Virus record (IMG/VR): IMGVR_UViG_3300048849_000133
Coordinates: 1-43,583 of that record
DNA from: a virus
Taxonomy: Duplodnaviria; Caudoviricetes
Strand: one strand, 5' to 3'
Length of the DNA stretch: 43,583 nt
In this document: positions 34,818 to 43,214 of the stretch, one piece after another
Position numbering within the stretch: position 1 is the stretch's first letter
How the letters are laid out: each line of letters opens with the position of its first letter
Notes under the pieces: generated by a model
The model's input: the letters and a program-made list of their open reading frames with translations, nothing else
Told to the model about the DNA's origin: nothing
The model's database searches: none
Translations under genes and position numbers: made by a program

Positions 34818-35254
34818 TATTGTCCTGTTTTTAGCTTTGAGCGGTTAAGGAAAGAATCTAATTGGTGGTATTCAATAGATTCCATTTTTGAATTGATTTG
34901 ATCGAGCTGCTCGGCGTCTTCTCCCATTTGCTGACGATCAGCAGCAATCGCAGATCTAAGTCCAGCCTTATAGCCTCGTGTAAAACTTAGCGCTACTATC
35001 ACTGGCAGCGCAAGGCACACAGCAAACCAGTAGCAAACCAGGAAAAGAAAACCTTTTGATTTCGAACGGGCATTCCCGGTTCTGTTTACGCCTACGCTCT
35101 GGTTTGTGTTTTGCAGTTCTTCAATAAGCTTCTGTTTTTGTATTTGCAGCCCTTTTGCGTACGTGTACGGGACTTTAGCCTGCAACGCTAACACTTGCTC
35201 TACTTCGAGTTGTTCGATTCGCCTCAGCGCATCTTTGGATTTCATATATCCCAT
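34817..35254 (-). CDS. Hypothetical membrane protein
   Basis: Single hydrophobic segment FLFLVCYWFAVCLALPVIVAL. Confidence 0.6.
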   Translation of the reverse strand: MGYMKSKDALRRIEQLEVEQVLALQAKVPYTYAKGLQIQKQKLIEELQNTNQSVGVNRTGNARSKSKGFLFLVCYWFAVCLALPVIVALSFTRGYKAGLRSAIAADRQQMGEDAEQLDQINSKMESIEYHQLDSFLNRSKLKTGQ

Positions 35255-36084
35255 CTTAAATTGATTTTGTCGGCTAGTAAAGCCAGTTGTGTATGTTTTT
35301 TTTGGATGTACTCGGCGATGTCTAACTTTTTTCCGCAGCAGGTAATGAATCTTGTTCCCCTCGGATGCTTTGTCTCGCCCCAGATCTCGATCTCATACAA
35401 CTCGTTGAAGCGCTGAATCAGGTGTTGATGGAATTCGTAAATTAGGTTTTCTTTCACTGGGGCGGGCGTTAAGATACGTCTTGCCTGGTTGTTTTTTCTG
35501 CTGATTTGAAAAACATCTTTTTTAATTTCCTTCAGGTACCGCAGCGCAACATCATCAGGAGCCGCAGCAATCGGCGGAAGTAGTGGCTGGTCGTCCTTTT
35601 TGATGGCTGTCTGCTGATGCTTCCAGAAATATTCGATCTGCTCGTTCTTGTCCGCAAGGAACATTTCAAGCCATCCAAAGATGATTGCGCTATCCAGGCG
35701 ATCGTAAACTTTTCCGTAATGACCTTTCTTTGCTTTCGAGAAGCACAATGCAACATCATCAATTTTCAGCTCAGGGTACTCGTTCAAGATCATCTGCGCC
35801 GTATCGACCATCTGGGGCGCACTCAGGTTCTTACCAATGTTGAACGAATCTGCCAGCTCTCCAACCAGGACCACCAGCAGCGCTAAACCAGATTTAGGAT
35901 AGCTGTGTTCGATAAAACCGAACGTTTTTGACTTACTGTGGAAACAGTCAATTTCACTCTTTAGGTTCTGTTCCGCGCAGTAGACCGCGCAAGCTGTCAA
36001 CAAGCTGTTTGCGGTCGGCACGTTTCTCATCAGCACCGGCAGCGACTGTGTGATTTCTTCTTGGGTTATGATTTGCATTTCCAT
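35242..36084 (-). CDS. Replication-associated protein (helicase-loader/inhibitor position)
   Basis: Follows the initiator; LKIDDVALCFSKAKKGHYGKVYDRLD pattern. Confidence 0.55.
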   Translation of the reverse strand: MEMQIITQEEITQSLPVLMRNVPTANSLLTACAVYCAEQNLKSEIDCFHSKSKTFGFIEHSYPKSGLALLVVLVGELADSFNIGKNLSAPQMVDTAQMILNEYPELKIDDVALCFSKAKKGHYGKVYDRLDSAIIFGWLEMFLADKNEQIEYFWKHQQTAIKKDDQPLLPPIAAAPDDVALRYLKEIKKDVFQISRKNNQARRILTPAPVKENLIYEFHQHLIQRFNELYEIEIWGETKHPRGTRFITCCGKKLDIAEYIQKKHTQLALLADKINLRWDI

Positions 36085-36826
36085 TGCTTACAGGTTTTGG
36101 TTTGTTTGCTAAAAGATATTTTGGAACCCAGTAGTAGAAATTTCGAACCAGGTCATTCGGCGTTTTTCCGGTCAATTCTCCAAAACCCTTCTTCTGAGTG
36201 TAGAAAATTCTAAAATGATCATCTGTTCCGCCAGGATCCAGGGAGTTGTGCTGCTGTACAATTTCGTACATGGTGTGCTTCCTTAAAAATTTAAGCGCCG
36301 CCTCCATCTCGTCTTCGTCAATGAAGATCTCTTCCTCAATTTTTTTTAAAATTTCAGCCGGATCCCCTATAACCTCTTCTACTACTATATTACTTTCCTT
36401 TACTTTACTATACTTTACTTTACTTTGTGTGTTTTCAGTCTTAGAAACATCTTTATTTTGTAGTTTCTTGTCAAGAAACCTTTGCTTCACTGCGTTTCTA
36501 TTATCTAAAACCGGCTGGAGACGCTTTCTTAGTCCGCAGCTGTAAATTAGATTTTCCTCACGTTTTAGGAGGTTTATTTTAACGCAGTACTCAACGATTT
36601 GCTCCAAAACCTCCGGATCAACATCGAAATCACCGGCTAATAACTCGACCTGCATAGGAGTAAAATCAATGGTAAAGAAATCCGAGCCCGTAAGCACTTC
36701 AAGCAGCATGCTGAACACCATGTATCCCTCCCTGTATTTACGTCGCAGAGCCTTGATCTTAGGGTCATTCCTCATGTCTTTATCATGAGAGAAGTATTCT
36801 GCATTATCCTTCTTTGGTCTGGCCAT
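35954..36826 (-). CDS. Replication initiator-like protein (DUF4373 / Lin1244-like N-terminal wHTH)
   Basis: MARPKKDNAEYFSHDKDMRNDPKIKALRRKY...GY; SKVKYSKVKES linker. Confidence 0.8.
   Translation of the reverse strand: MARPKKDNAEYFSHDKDMRNDPKIKALRRKYREGYMVFSMLLEVLTGSDFFTIDFTPMQVELLAGDFDVDPEVLEQIVEYCVKINLLKREENLIYSCGLRKRLQPVLDNRNAVKQRFLDKKLQNKDVSKTENTQSKVKYSKVKESNIVVEEVIGDPAEILKKIEEEIFIDEDEMEAALKFLRKHTMYEIVQQHNSLDPGGTDDHFRIFYTQKKGFGELTGKTPNDLVRNFYYWVPKYLLANKPKPVSNGNANHNPRRNHTVAAGADEKRADRKQLVDSLRGLLRGTEPKE
36391..36426. repeat. 10-bp-period TACTTT repeats inside the initiator gene
   Basis: TACTTTCCTT TACTTTACTA TACTTTACTT TACTTT. Confidence 0.7.
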
Positions 36827-36858
36827 TATACTTGATTGTTAATTTAGATTTGTTGGCA

Positions 36859-37206
36859 TTATATCAACTGCTTCACACGCAGAACCTTGTTCTGGAATAC
36901 CTTATCGTGACCCACCAAAGTGTTATACACTTCCCGGCCGTAGATGATCGTCGAATGATCACGGCTAAAGAGCTTTCCGAGCTCCTTGAGGGTCATATTT
37001 GGGTTTGCTAGAAGTATCATCCCGAAGCAAATAAAACGTGCCTCAGATACCTCACGTTTGCGAGAGGGCCCTAAAAGAGTATCCTTTGATACTCGTAAGC
37101 CCTGACTTACTGCTTCGATGATTTCATCCGGACCACCTTCCTTGATTTGGAACCGGAAAGAATGTTTCTTGGTTTCTGGCAGTCCTGTAAATATGTATTG
37201 ATCCAT
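36859..37206 (-). CDS. DnaA C-terminal-like HTH protein
   Basis: SRKREVSEARFICFG...MTLKELGKLFSRDHSTIIYG closely matches the DnaA domain IV signature. Confidence 0.82.
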   Translation of the reverse strand: MDQYIFTGLPETKKHSFRFQIKEGGPDEIIEAVSQGLRVSKDTLLGPSRKREVSEARFICFGMILLANPNMTLKELGKLFSRDHSTIIYGREVYNTLVGHDKVFQNKVLRVKQLI

Positions 37207-37258
37207 AATTCTGAAGTTGTTTTACTTTATTTCTTGCTGTCTTTAGCGAGACACCGGG

Positions 37259-38551
37259 TTAAGCTGCCACCTCTTTATAGCTTTTCTGTCTCTTCTGAAT
37301 GACGGGAAGGTTCTTGCTTATTAGTTCTACGATCTGCTTGTTGTATTCAGAAGCACCGTTATGAAGGCCACGAGATTGGACAATCTGCATTCTCGATAGA
37401 GAAACTTCAACGGTCTCTACCGATCTGCCGTTAACCCGGGCAGAAAACACCAACGAATCTTCTTTCTTGTAATATGAATTCGTGAACACGCAATGTTTGT
37501 GGGTATCACCTTCTTCCATGAACTCCTGCACTGTGTCTAGAACTTTAATCAATAGCTCTCCGTCCTGAAAGGCTAATCCAATGAATGCAGCTTTAGCCTC
37601 CGCATATGATCTCTGATCAACCTCAACCTGCCTCCGTTTATGCTCTAGATCTCGATTTTTTTGAACCTCTCTCTTCTTGTCAACTAACCGGTCATGTTCT
37701 TTTTTAAGGTTTCGAGGACACACATACTTGGCGTTACGCAGATCCTTTCCGAAATAATCGAGAAGATCCAGGTAATCAAGCCAGGTAATTGCGTCTTTTA
37801 CAATGTAGCCCTGGCGAATGGAAATCTTTGCAGATGCCCAGTGTCTGTAAACTGCAGAACCTTTTTCGCTTAGGTGAGCGGATAATAAAGCCATTTGGCC
37901 TGCCTTTAACAAGGTTTCCGTTTTCGCATCCTGCGGAAGATACTTTAGCAAATCAAAAGGCTTTATGTTCATCAGCTTAGATGTTAACCCATTACGTTTG
38001 TAAACGGGCATAACCTTCATGTCTGGATGGATTTTATACACTTGTATGTTGTACTTCCAAAGGTCCTTCTTGTTCTTAAGTGTTATATCGCCACCGCATA
38101 AGTGATCCCAAGCCAGACCCAGGCCACCGACCTGAACGCTCATAATCTCGAATGTTCCATCAGGCAAAATCCAGTGTTGCATGATTTCCCTAGTGAAGTA
38201 GTAAGGCTTTGATTTGGCTTTCATTAGGCAGTTGATCTCGAAGAAACGAACGACTTGAAAGTCTTCCACAACATCAAAGACGGCAAAGCGGGCCAAGTCA
38301 CGTGACTTCTGTTTACGGGTTGTGGTAAGCTTTAGCCTAAAACCGCATCCTTCGCAGACCTCGGTTTTAATTCGCATGGAGGTTGTGGGCCACACGTGGC
38401 CGCAGCTTAGGCAGCTGGTCCACATCTTATTCCGGAAGCCTGTATGTTCAATACAATTCTTGAATGCCCATGCTTCAAGCTTTTTCGCGATAGGCCAAAG
38501 GGTTCTGCTAAGTGCATCTACCCGAACCTGAAATTTGTTTTTAGGTTTCAT
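37259..38551 (-). CDS. pcfJ: PcfJ-like protein
   Basis: WLDYLDLL...CPRNLKKEHD and EFMEEGDTHKHCV...ETVEV...IVQSRGLHN motifs; follows a PcfK-like gene. Confidence 0.88.
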   Translation of the reverse strand: MKPKNKFQVRVDALSRTLWPIAKKLEAWAFKNCIEHTGFRNKMWTSCLSCGHVWPTTSMRIKTEVCEGCGFRLKLTTTRKQKSRDLARFAVFDVVEDFQVVRFFEINCLMKAKSKPYYFTREIMQHWILPDGTFEIMSVQVGGLGLAWDHLCGGDITLKNKKDLWKYNIQVYKIHPDMKVMPVYKRNGLTSKLMNIKPFDLLKYLPQDAKTETLLKAGQMALLSAHLSEKGSAVYRHWASAKISIRQGYIVKDAITWLDYLDLLDYFGKDLRNAKYVCPRNLKKEHDRLVDKKREVQKNRDLEHKRRQVEVDQRSYAEAKAAFIGLAFQDGELLIKVLDTVQEFMEEGDTHKHCVFTNSYYKKEDSLVFSARVNGRSVETVEVSLSRMQIVQSRGLHNGASEYNKQIVELISKNLPVIQKRQKSYKEVAA

Positions 38552-38552
38552 G

Positions 38553-38945
38553 TCAAAACAATGAGATTTGGTTAACTAAATCTTTATCTCCAGAAACTGA
38601 TTTTTTGGCTGCTTTCTTTACCTCTGGCGTATGCTTCCTTGCTTCGATTGTTTTAGCCATCTTCTGTTTGGTTGCTTCTACCTGGTGGTTCACTACTACC
38701 TGAGCTTTTACAGCCGCACCAGGCTTTAGATCGTCCTCATCATAATAATGAACAGCCATACCGAAGATCTCCTGATCAGCGAAGCCATTGCGGCCGCTTT
38801 TCTTAACCTCATTCAAAATGTAGGTCGTGCAATCTTTGATGTTCTTATTTGGCTTCTTTAGCGTCTCAGCAAACAAAGGGTCGTTCGCTGCAATACTTTG
38901 TAAATGCGAATCAATAACGCTTGTAAATGTGTCTGTGGCTTGCAT
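38553..38945 (-). CDS. pcfK: PcfK-like / AcrIIA9-family protein
   Basis: DPLFA...KNIKDCTTYILNEVKKSG..GFADQEIFGMAVHYYDED...VVVNH, ending QISLF; start taken at MQATD. Confidence 0.88.
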   Translation of the reverse strand: MQATDTFTSVIDSHLQSIAANDPLFAETLKKPNKNIKDCTTYILNEVKKSGRNGFADQEIFGMAVHYYDEDDLKPGAAVKAQVVVNHQVEATKQKMAKTIEARKHTPEVKKAAKKSVSGDKDLVNQISLF

Positions 38946-38955
38946 AAAGATTAGT

Positions 38956-39672
38956 TTAGTTTTTGTATTTGAATGACACCTTATTGTGGGATCCACGATT
39001 GTAAATCTCTTCGAGCAGATCCATGTACTGCGCGACCGTCGCGCACTTCACAAGGGACCGCGACTGCGACTCCAGGCGCTTCTCCATCACCGAGTGATCA
39101 TACTTTCCTGTGTTGATCACCTTTATAATGGCCAGGATGAAGTTTCGATCGTAAGCGAAGTCAATGATGTTCCTGAACTTTTTTATTATGCCAGCGATCT
39201 CATCAGCTTCCCCGACGTTTGTCACGTCAATTGAACCTTGCTTTAATGCCTGCATATCTCTTTTTCCATCTGCTGACAGCATCATGAGCGCGGTCGATGG
39301 CGGGATCTTGTTATGTTCGGAAAGAAACTTACTCAGGACATCGAACCCGCGGGCTTTCTCGATCGTCCAGAAGTTAATGTAATCCATCGTGCTCCAGTTC
39401 TTCTTTACCGAGTTGAGGTCGCTTAGATCCTTTTTGCTGACCGCATCGTCTACCATGTAGAATATCGGAACCTTTAATAACTCAGCAGCTTCAAGCCTAT
39501 GCTGGCCGTCGATGATTTCAAAGTCAGGATTAACAATGATATGATTTAAATGCAGGAGGTTGTTCCTCTTAATTGACTTTACTAATTTGTTAACGTGAGC
39601 CGGGTCAACTTCCCGGTTGGCAACAACTTGCTTGAAGATGCCGTAGTCCGTTGTATGTAGTATTTCAGACAT
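38956..39672 (-). CDS. ParB/Srx-like N-terminal domain protein
   Basis: NREVD..HVNKL..SI...IIVN...IIDGQHRLEAA motif. Confidence 0.78.
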   Translation of the reverse strand: MSEILHTTDYGIFKQVVANREVDPAHVNKLVKSIKRNNLLHLNHIIVNPDFEIIDGQHRLEAAELLKVPIFYMVDDAVSKKDLSDLNSVKKNWSTMDYINFWTIEKARGFDVLSKFLSEHNKIPPSTALMMLSADGKRDMQALKQGSIDVTNVGEADEIAGIIKKFRNIIDFAYDRNFILAIIKVINTGKYDHSVMEKRLESQSRSLVKCATVAQYMDLLEEIYNRGSHNKVSFKYKN

Positions 39673-39681
39673 GTCCGTTGA

Positions 39682-40098
39682 TTAAAATGGTAAATCATCA
39701 TCTTCACCCGGGCGGTGTCCCGATGGCTGATCAGCAGGAGCGGAGTTAACCTGGTTTGCAGATGCTTTCTCTAAAAAGTCGATCGATGCCAGGTTTACAT
39801 TAACGATGTAGCTGATTTTTCCGAGCGTCTCTTCTTTTTTACTCACAAACATTCTGGAGTTGATGTAAACCTCAGTTTTTACTTTCGAACCAACGTGCCG
39901 GCTGTGAAGGTTAAACTTGTCTATGGAATCACCCATCACAGTTATTTCCCAGAAGTCATCCGGACCTTTCTTCTCTCCGAAGGAATCTGTGTATCCTGGA
40001 ACTTTCAAGATAAAAGATTGTTTTGCTGTGTTATTTGCACCAACAAACTGAACATTTCCGACTTTTTCAACGAAGCCGTTTAAAGATACTTTAGGCAT
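39682..40098 (-). CDS. Single-stranded DNA-binding-like protein (DUF3127/SSB OB-fold)
   Basis: Beta-rich fold with acidic C-terminal tail EDDDLPF. Confidence 0.75.
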   Translation of the reverse strand: MPKVSLNGFVEKVGNVQFVGANNTAKQSFILKVPGYTDSFGEKKGPDDFWEITVMGDSIDKFNLHSRHVGSKVKTEVYINSRMFVSKKEETLGKISYIVNVNLASIDFLEKASANQVNSAPADQPSGHRPGEDDDLPF

Positions 40099-40131
40099 AA
40101 AAATTTTTGTTTAAATAATTTGTTTATAGTG

Positions 40132-41178
40132 CTATATGGCTTCTTCCTTAAAGAAGACCTTGTAATAATTCAGGCTTTTTTCTTCGTCGTAGCCTCGTTC
40201 GATAAGGTCCTTATCGCCGTGAACATAGATGTGAAAGTTTTTGTCCAGCTTCAGTATCTTTTTGAAAGATTTAGCTTGCTTTTTGACCGCAGCCTCAGAT
40301 ATCTCAAACGACTTTGGAATGTTGGCGTCGAAGTCTTCATCATAGATGCTTTTGTACTCCTTGAAGGAAGATATTGCAGTTGGGTTTACGATGACTGTTT
40401 GAGCAAAGTCGTCGATGTCGAATGCTTCATTTTCCTTGAAGTACTGAAGTGACCGGTTTAGCAGGTCGATCTTATCGGTTTCCTTCAGATCAAAGTCTTC
40501 AGTCAATTTTTCAGTAACGAAAGATTTGTATACGGACAGTAAATGTGCTGTGTGGGTGTAGTTGTCGGCCCGTATTTTGAGCCCCAGGAACTCATCTTTC
40601 CAGTAAGCGGCATCTTTGCCGTTCTGATCTATACAAACTACCTTGAATCCAGCCGCAGCCTCCGTGTTAAAGATCAGGCAACCCTTATCCAGGTGCTGGA
40701 TGTTAATTGCATTATTCTCGAACGAAAGGTCGAATCCACGTTGATTTGGATTTACCGTCAGATAAGTTTCTTTGTTCTCGGATTTGAAGATCCCGACTAC
40801 GTCATGCAGCTCTCCTTCGATCTGAACATTCTCCAGGTAGGCTACGTATAATTCGCCTGACTTTATTTTCGGATGATTGCAATGATCATAAAGATGTACA
40901 GCAAGTTCACGGGTGACCGAGTGGAAGTCCGTGCCGGTGAAGGCCGGCTGAACCAAGTGCTTAACGACATTAAGATCTACGTTGCCCGATGGGTGATAGA
41001 AGTTGTAAACTTCATTCACCTTCTGGAAAGGATTTAAGAAGTAGTAAAGCAGGGAAGAGGCTTGCTCAGCAGTTACCTCGACCGGCTGTTCTGAAAGAAC
41101 GTAAAATTCATCCATTACCTTGTTGCCGACCCGGTGGACTGACAAGCTTTTTAATGATGCTTCAAAAAATGATATCAT
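40132..41178 (-). CDS. Nucleoid-associated protein (NdpA/YejK family)
   Basis: SVHRVGNK, HPKIKSGELYVAY, GIFKSENKETYL, LDKGCLIFN, YWKDEFL and LKLDKNFHIYVHG motifs. Confidence 0.85.
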   Translation of the reverse strand: MISFFEASLKSLSVHRVGNKVMDEFYVLSEQPVEVTAEQASSLLYYFLNPFQKVNEVYNFYHPSGNVDLNVVKHLVQPAFTGTDFHSVTRELAVHLYDHCNHPKIKSGELYVAYLENVQIEGELHDVVGIFKSENKETYLTVNPNQRGFDLSFENNAINIQHLDKGCLIFNTEAAAGFKVVCIDQNGKDAAYWKDEFLGLKIRADNYTHTAHLLSVYKSFVTEKLTEDFDLKETDKIDLLNRSLQYFKENEAFDIDDFAQTVIVNPTAISSFKEYKSIYDEDFDANIPKSFEISEAAVKKQAKSFKKILKLDKNFHIYVHGDKDLIERGYDEEKSLNYYKVFFKEEAI

Positions 41179-41182
41179 ATGT

Positions 41183-41377
41183 TTAGTTTAATGTATTGAT
41201 GTGCTTGAAAACCTCTTCCTTATGGATATCCATTAGGTCCGCCAGATGCTCAATGTGAATTTGAGTAGACTGTTGTTTCACCTGCGATAAAGAACCACTA
41301 GTCAGTTCATCAGTGTTGCGTTGCATTTCATGCCAGGCTGTGGCAAGTTTTAATGCTAATGTTTCTAAGGATGTCAT
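41183..41377 (-). CDS. Hypothetical protein
   Basis: 64-aa ORF packed in the operon. Confidence 0.55.
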   Translation of the reverse strand: MTSLETLALKLATAWHEMQRNTDELTSGSLSQVKQQSTQIHIEHLADLMDIHKEEVFKHINTLN

Positions 41378-41378
41378 T

Positions 41379-41942
41379 TTATGGAGCTATTACTTTGTGT
41401 AAGAATTCAGACCGCAGCAACTTCAATAATTGCTTTCGGGGAGATTCTAATCCAAGGCGTTCGTTTATCTGGTAAATTTTTGTAGTAAGATCAAGGTTTC
41501 CTATCCGAAAGAAATTGAATTCGATCTCGGTAGCTAGGTTGTCGTAAATCTTTAGCTCTTCCAGTAACGACTGATCGACACCATATTTTTCGAAGATCAC
41601 CGTTTGAAATTTTAACTCGAAGTCCTCAAACGCCTTCCCAAGTAAGTTTTTAAAAGGCTTTATCACATCGCCGACATAAGCTTCAGCAGCATCATGTAAA
41701 AGTGCAACTTGCTTTAGATGGTCAGGAGCCAGATGCCATACCAATAATGTGTGTTCGGCAACTGAATAAAAGCTATGTATTTGACCGCCGAACCGGCAGA
41801 TGTTCGATAGTGCAAGAGCAATATCATCCAGTCTGATCATATCCATTGTCGGAGCATGAAAGTTTATCAGCTTACCAGAGTTGGCGTTTGCCAGGCCATC
41901 GTTTACCTGGCCGATTGGTTGTATTCTATGTTCCTCAATCAT
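41379..41942 (-). CDS. HD-domain phosphohydrolase (YfbR/YfdR-like deoxynucleotidase)
   Basis: DIALALSNICRFGG..FYSVAEH...ALLHDAAEAYVGDVIKPFK motif. Confidence 0.88.
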   Translation of the reverse strand: MIEEHRIQPIGQVNDGLANANSGKLINFHAPTMDMIRLDDIALALSNICRFGGQIHSFYSVAEHTLLVWHLAPDHLKQVALLHDAAEAYVGDVIKPFKNLLGKAFEDFELKFQTVIFEKYGVDQSLLEELKIYDNLATEIEFNFFRIGNLDLTTKIYQINERLGLESPRKQLLKLLRSEFLHKVIAP

Positions 41943-41953
41943 AATACAATTTA

Positions 41954-42160
41954 TTAGGCGTTTGGGTTATACATCTGAAGAGGTTGCCGAAGGCGCTCCA
42001 GATAGTTAATGATTCGCTTTTCTACTTCGGTCGGGGTTAGATCGGCCGGTAGGTCAATCCACAATCCGGGCGCAGCCAGGTGTGATCTTGTTTTTGTTTC
42101 CCTGATCAGCTTACTATAAACTGAGGGCGGTTTGGGCTTCAGGACTTTTTTTCTTGGCAT
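41954..42160 (-). CDS. Hypothetical protein
   Basis: Start taken at MPRKK (ATG 42160). Confidence 0.5.
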   Translation of the reverse strand: MPRKKVLKPKPPSVYSKLIRETKTRSHLAAPGLWIDLPADLTPTEVEKRIINYLERLRQPLQMYNPNA

Positions 42161-42506
42161 ATCTGATGCGCTGGTGTAACATTTCAATGTTTCCGAACTG
42201 ATTACTCATCCTGTTCAATTCCTGATCAATGAAGCCATCCAGTTCCGCTTTATCCAAGGACAGCCAGTACCCGTTGTTCACGTTACTGATGATGAATCCT
42301 GGCGCCAACAGATCGTTTTGTCTGATATATCCGATTAACTCCCTTAACGTTTGGGGGGAAAGGTTGCATTTACCAGAAGCTTTCAAGTGAAACAGTAAAT
42401 CCGCGGTTTTAACAGCTTTATCCTTACCGGAATACCGTTCCCTAAAGACTGTCAGCAACGACTGAACGTAGCTTAATTTTTGAGAATCCAGGTTGATGTT
42501 TTTCAT
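42114..42506 (-). CDS. Hypothetical winged-helix-like protein
   Basis: LRELIGYIRQ...IISNVNNGYWL pattern. Confidence 0.6.
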   Translation of the reverse strand: MKNINLDSQKLSYVQSLLTVFRERYSGKDKAVKTADLLFHLKASGKCNLSPQTLRELIGYIRQNDLLAPGFIISNVNNGYWLSLDKAELDGFIDQELNRMSNQFGNIEMLHQRIRYAKKKSPEAQTALSL

Positions 42507-42529
42507 ATTCAATTAATTCCAGTTTTGAA

Positions 42530-42625
42530 TTAGTTTCCCAGTATACACCATGCGAAAGCAATTCCAAACAGCATAAAAAATAGGGCCGCAGCCTTGATAA
42601 CTAACAAACAGATTTTGGCGTTCAT
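42530..42625 (-). CDS. Unannotated 31-aa hydrophobic peptide
   Basis: Read manually: MNAKICLLVIKAAALFFMLFGIAFAWCILGN. Confidence 0.5.
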   Translation of the reverse strand: MNAKICLLVIKAAALFFMLFGIAFAWCILGN

Positions 42626-42627
42626 GG

Positions 42628-42738
42628 CTACAGCGGTGAATTGTAAAAGGCCCAGCAGATGGCGTACAGGATAATCGGTGCGCCAATACAGAAAACGACT
42701 TTCGCTCTTGTACTTAAATCTTTGAAATCTTGAATCAT
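42628..42738 (-). CDS. Unannotated 36-aa single-TM peptide
   Basis: Read manually: MIQDFKDLSTRAKVVFCIGAPIILYAICWAFYNSPL; A-rich upstream region. Confidence 0.55.
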   Translation of the reverse strand: MIQDFKDLSTRAKVVFCIGAPIILYAICWAFYNSPL

Positions 42739-42763
42739 ATTATTGTTTTTAATGGTGACTAGT

Positions 42764-42976
42764 TTATCTCTTACCGGCAATCATTGCCGCTAACCTAGCT
42801 TTATGGCCTGCAAGTTCTTTTCGCTCTTCGGCGAACATCTCTTTTGCTTTTATCTTGTCATAAGCGCGACGAACAGCCAGGGTCTCAACGGCGTCCTGAT
42901 GGATTTGCTGTTTTTTGGTCAGCTTCTTCGGCCTGATGGTCGGCTCTTCGGTAGCTACGTAAGCTATTCTCAACAT
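42764..42976 (-). CDS. Hypothetical basic protein
   Basis: 70 aa, start overlaps the upstream stop. Confidence 0.6.
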   Translation of the reverse strand: MLRIAYVATEEPTIRPKKLTKKQQIHQDAVETLAVRRAYDKIKAKEMFAEERKELAGHKARLAAMIAGKR

Positions 42977-43203
42977 TATAGTCCGTAGTTATATTCTGTT
43001 TCAACGTACCGGTTGAATACCTTTTCGATTTTTTCCTTTTTTTCAGGATGCCTGGCAAGCATCGCATATTTCTCGTCTACAAGAATATTGACAAGGACGC
43101 CCACAACGGGAGCAAGGGTATCAAACAATTGAGGACACTCTCTTATACCATCATTGATCGTGGTAAGTGTCTCGGTCATTTTTTTAAAGTTCTTATATGT
43201 CAT
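42976..43203 (-). CDS. Hypothetical protein
   Basis: Start moved to MTYKN (or MTETL) to avoid overlap with the LuxR gene. Confidence 0.55.
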   Translation of the reverse strand: MTYKNFKKMTETLTTINDGIRECPQLFDTLAPVVGVLVNILVDEKYAMLARHPEKKEKIEKVFNRYVETEYNYGL

Positions 43204-43214
43204 GGAGAGGTAGG

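Noticed and set aside
38956-39672. DndB/DGQHR phosphorothioation-related system
   Set aside because: DGQHR also fits the ParB/Srx motif, and no dnd or other modification genes are nearby.
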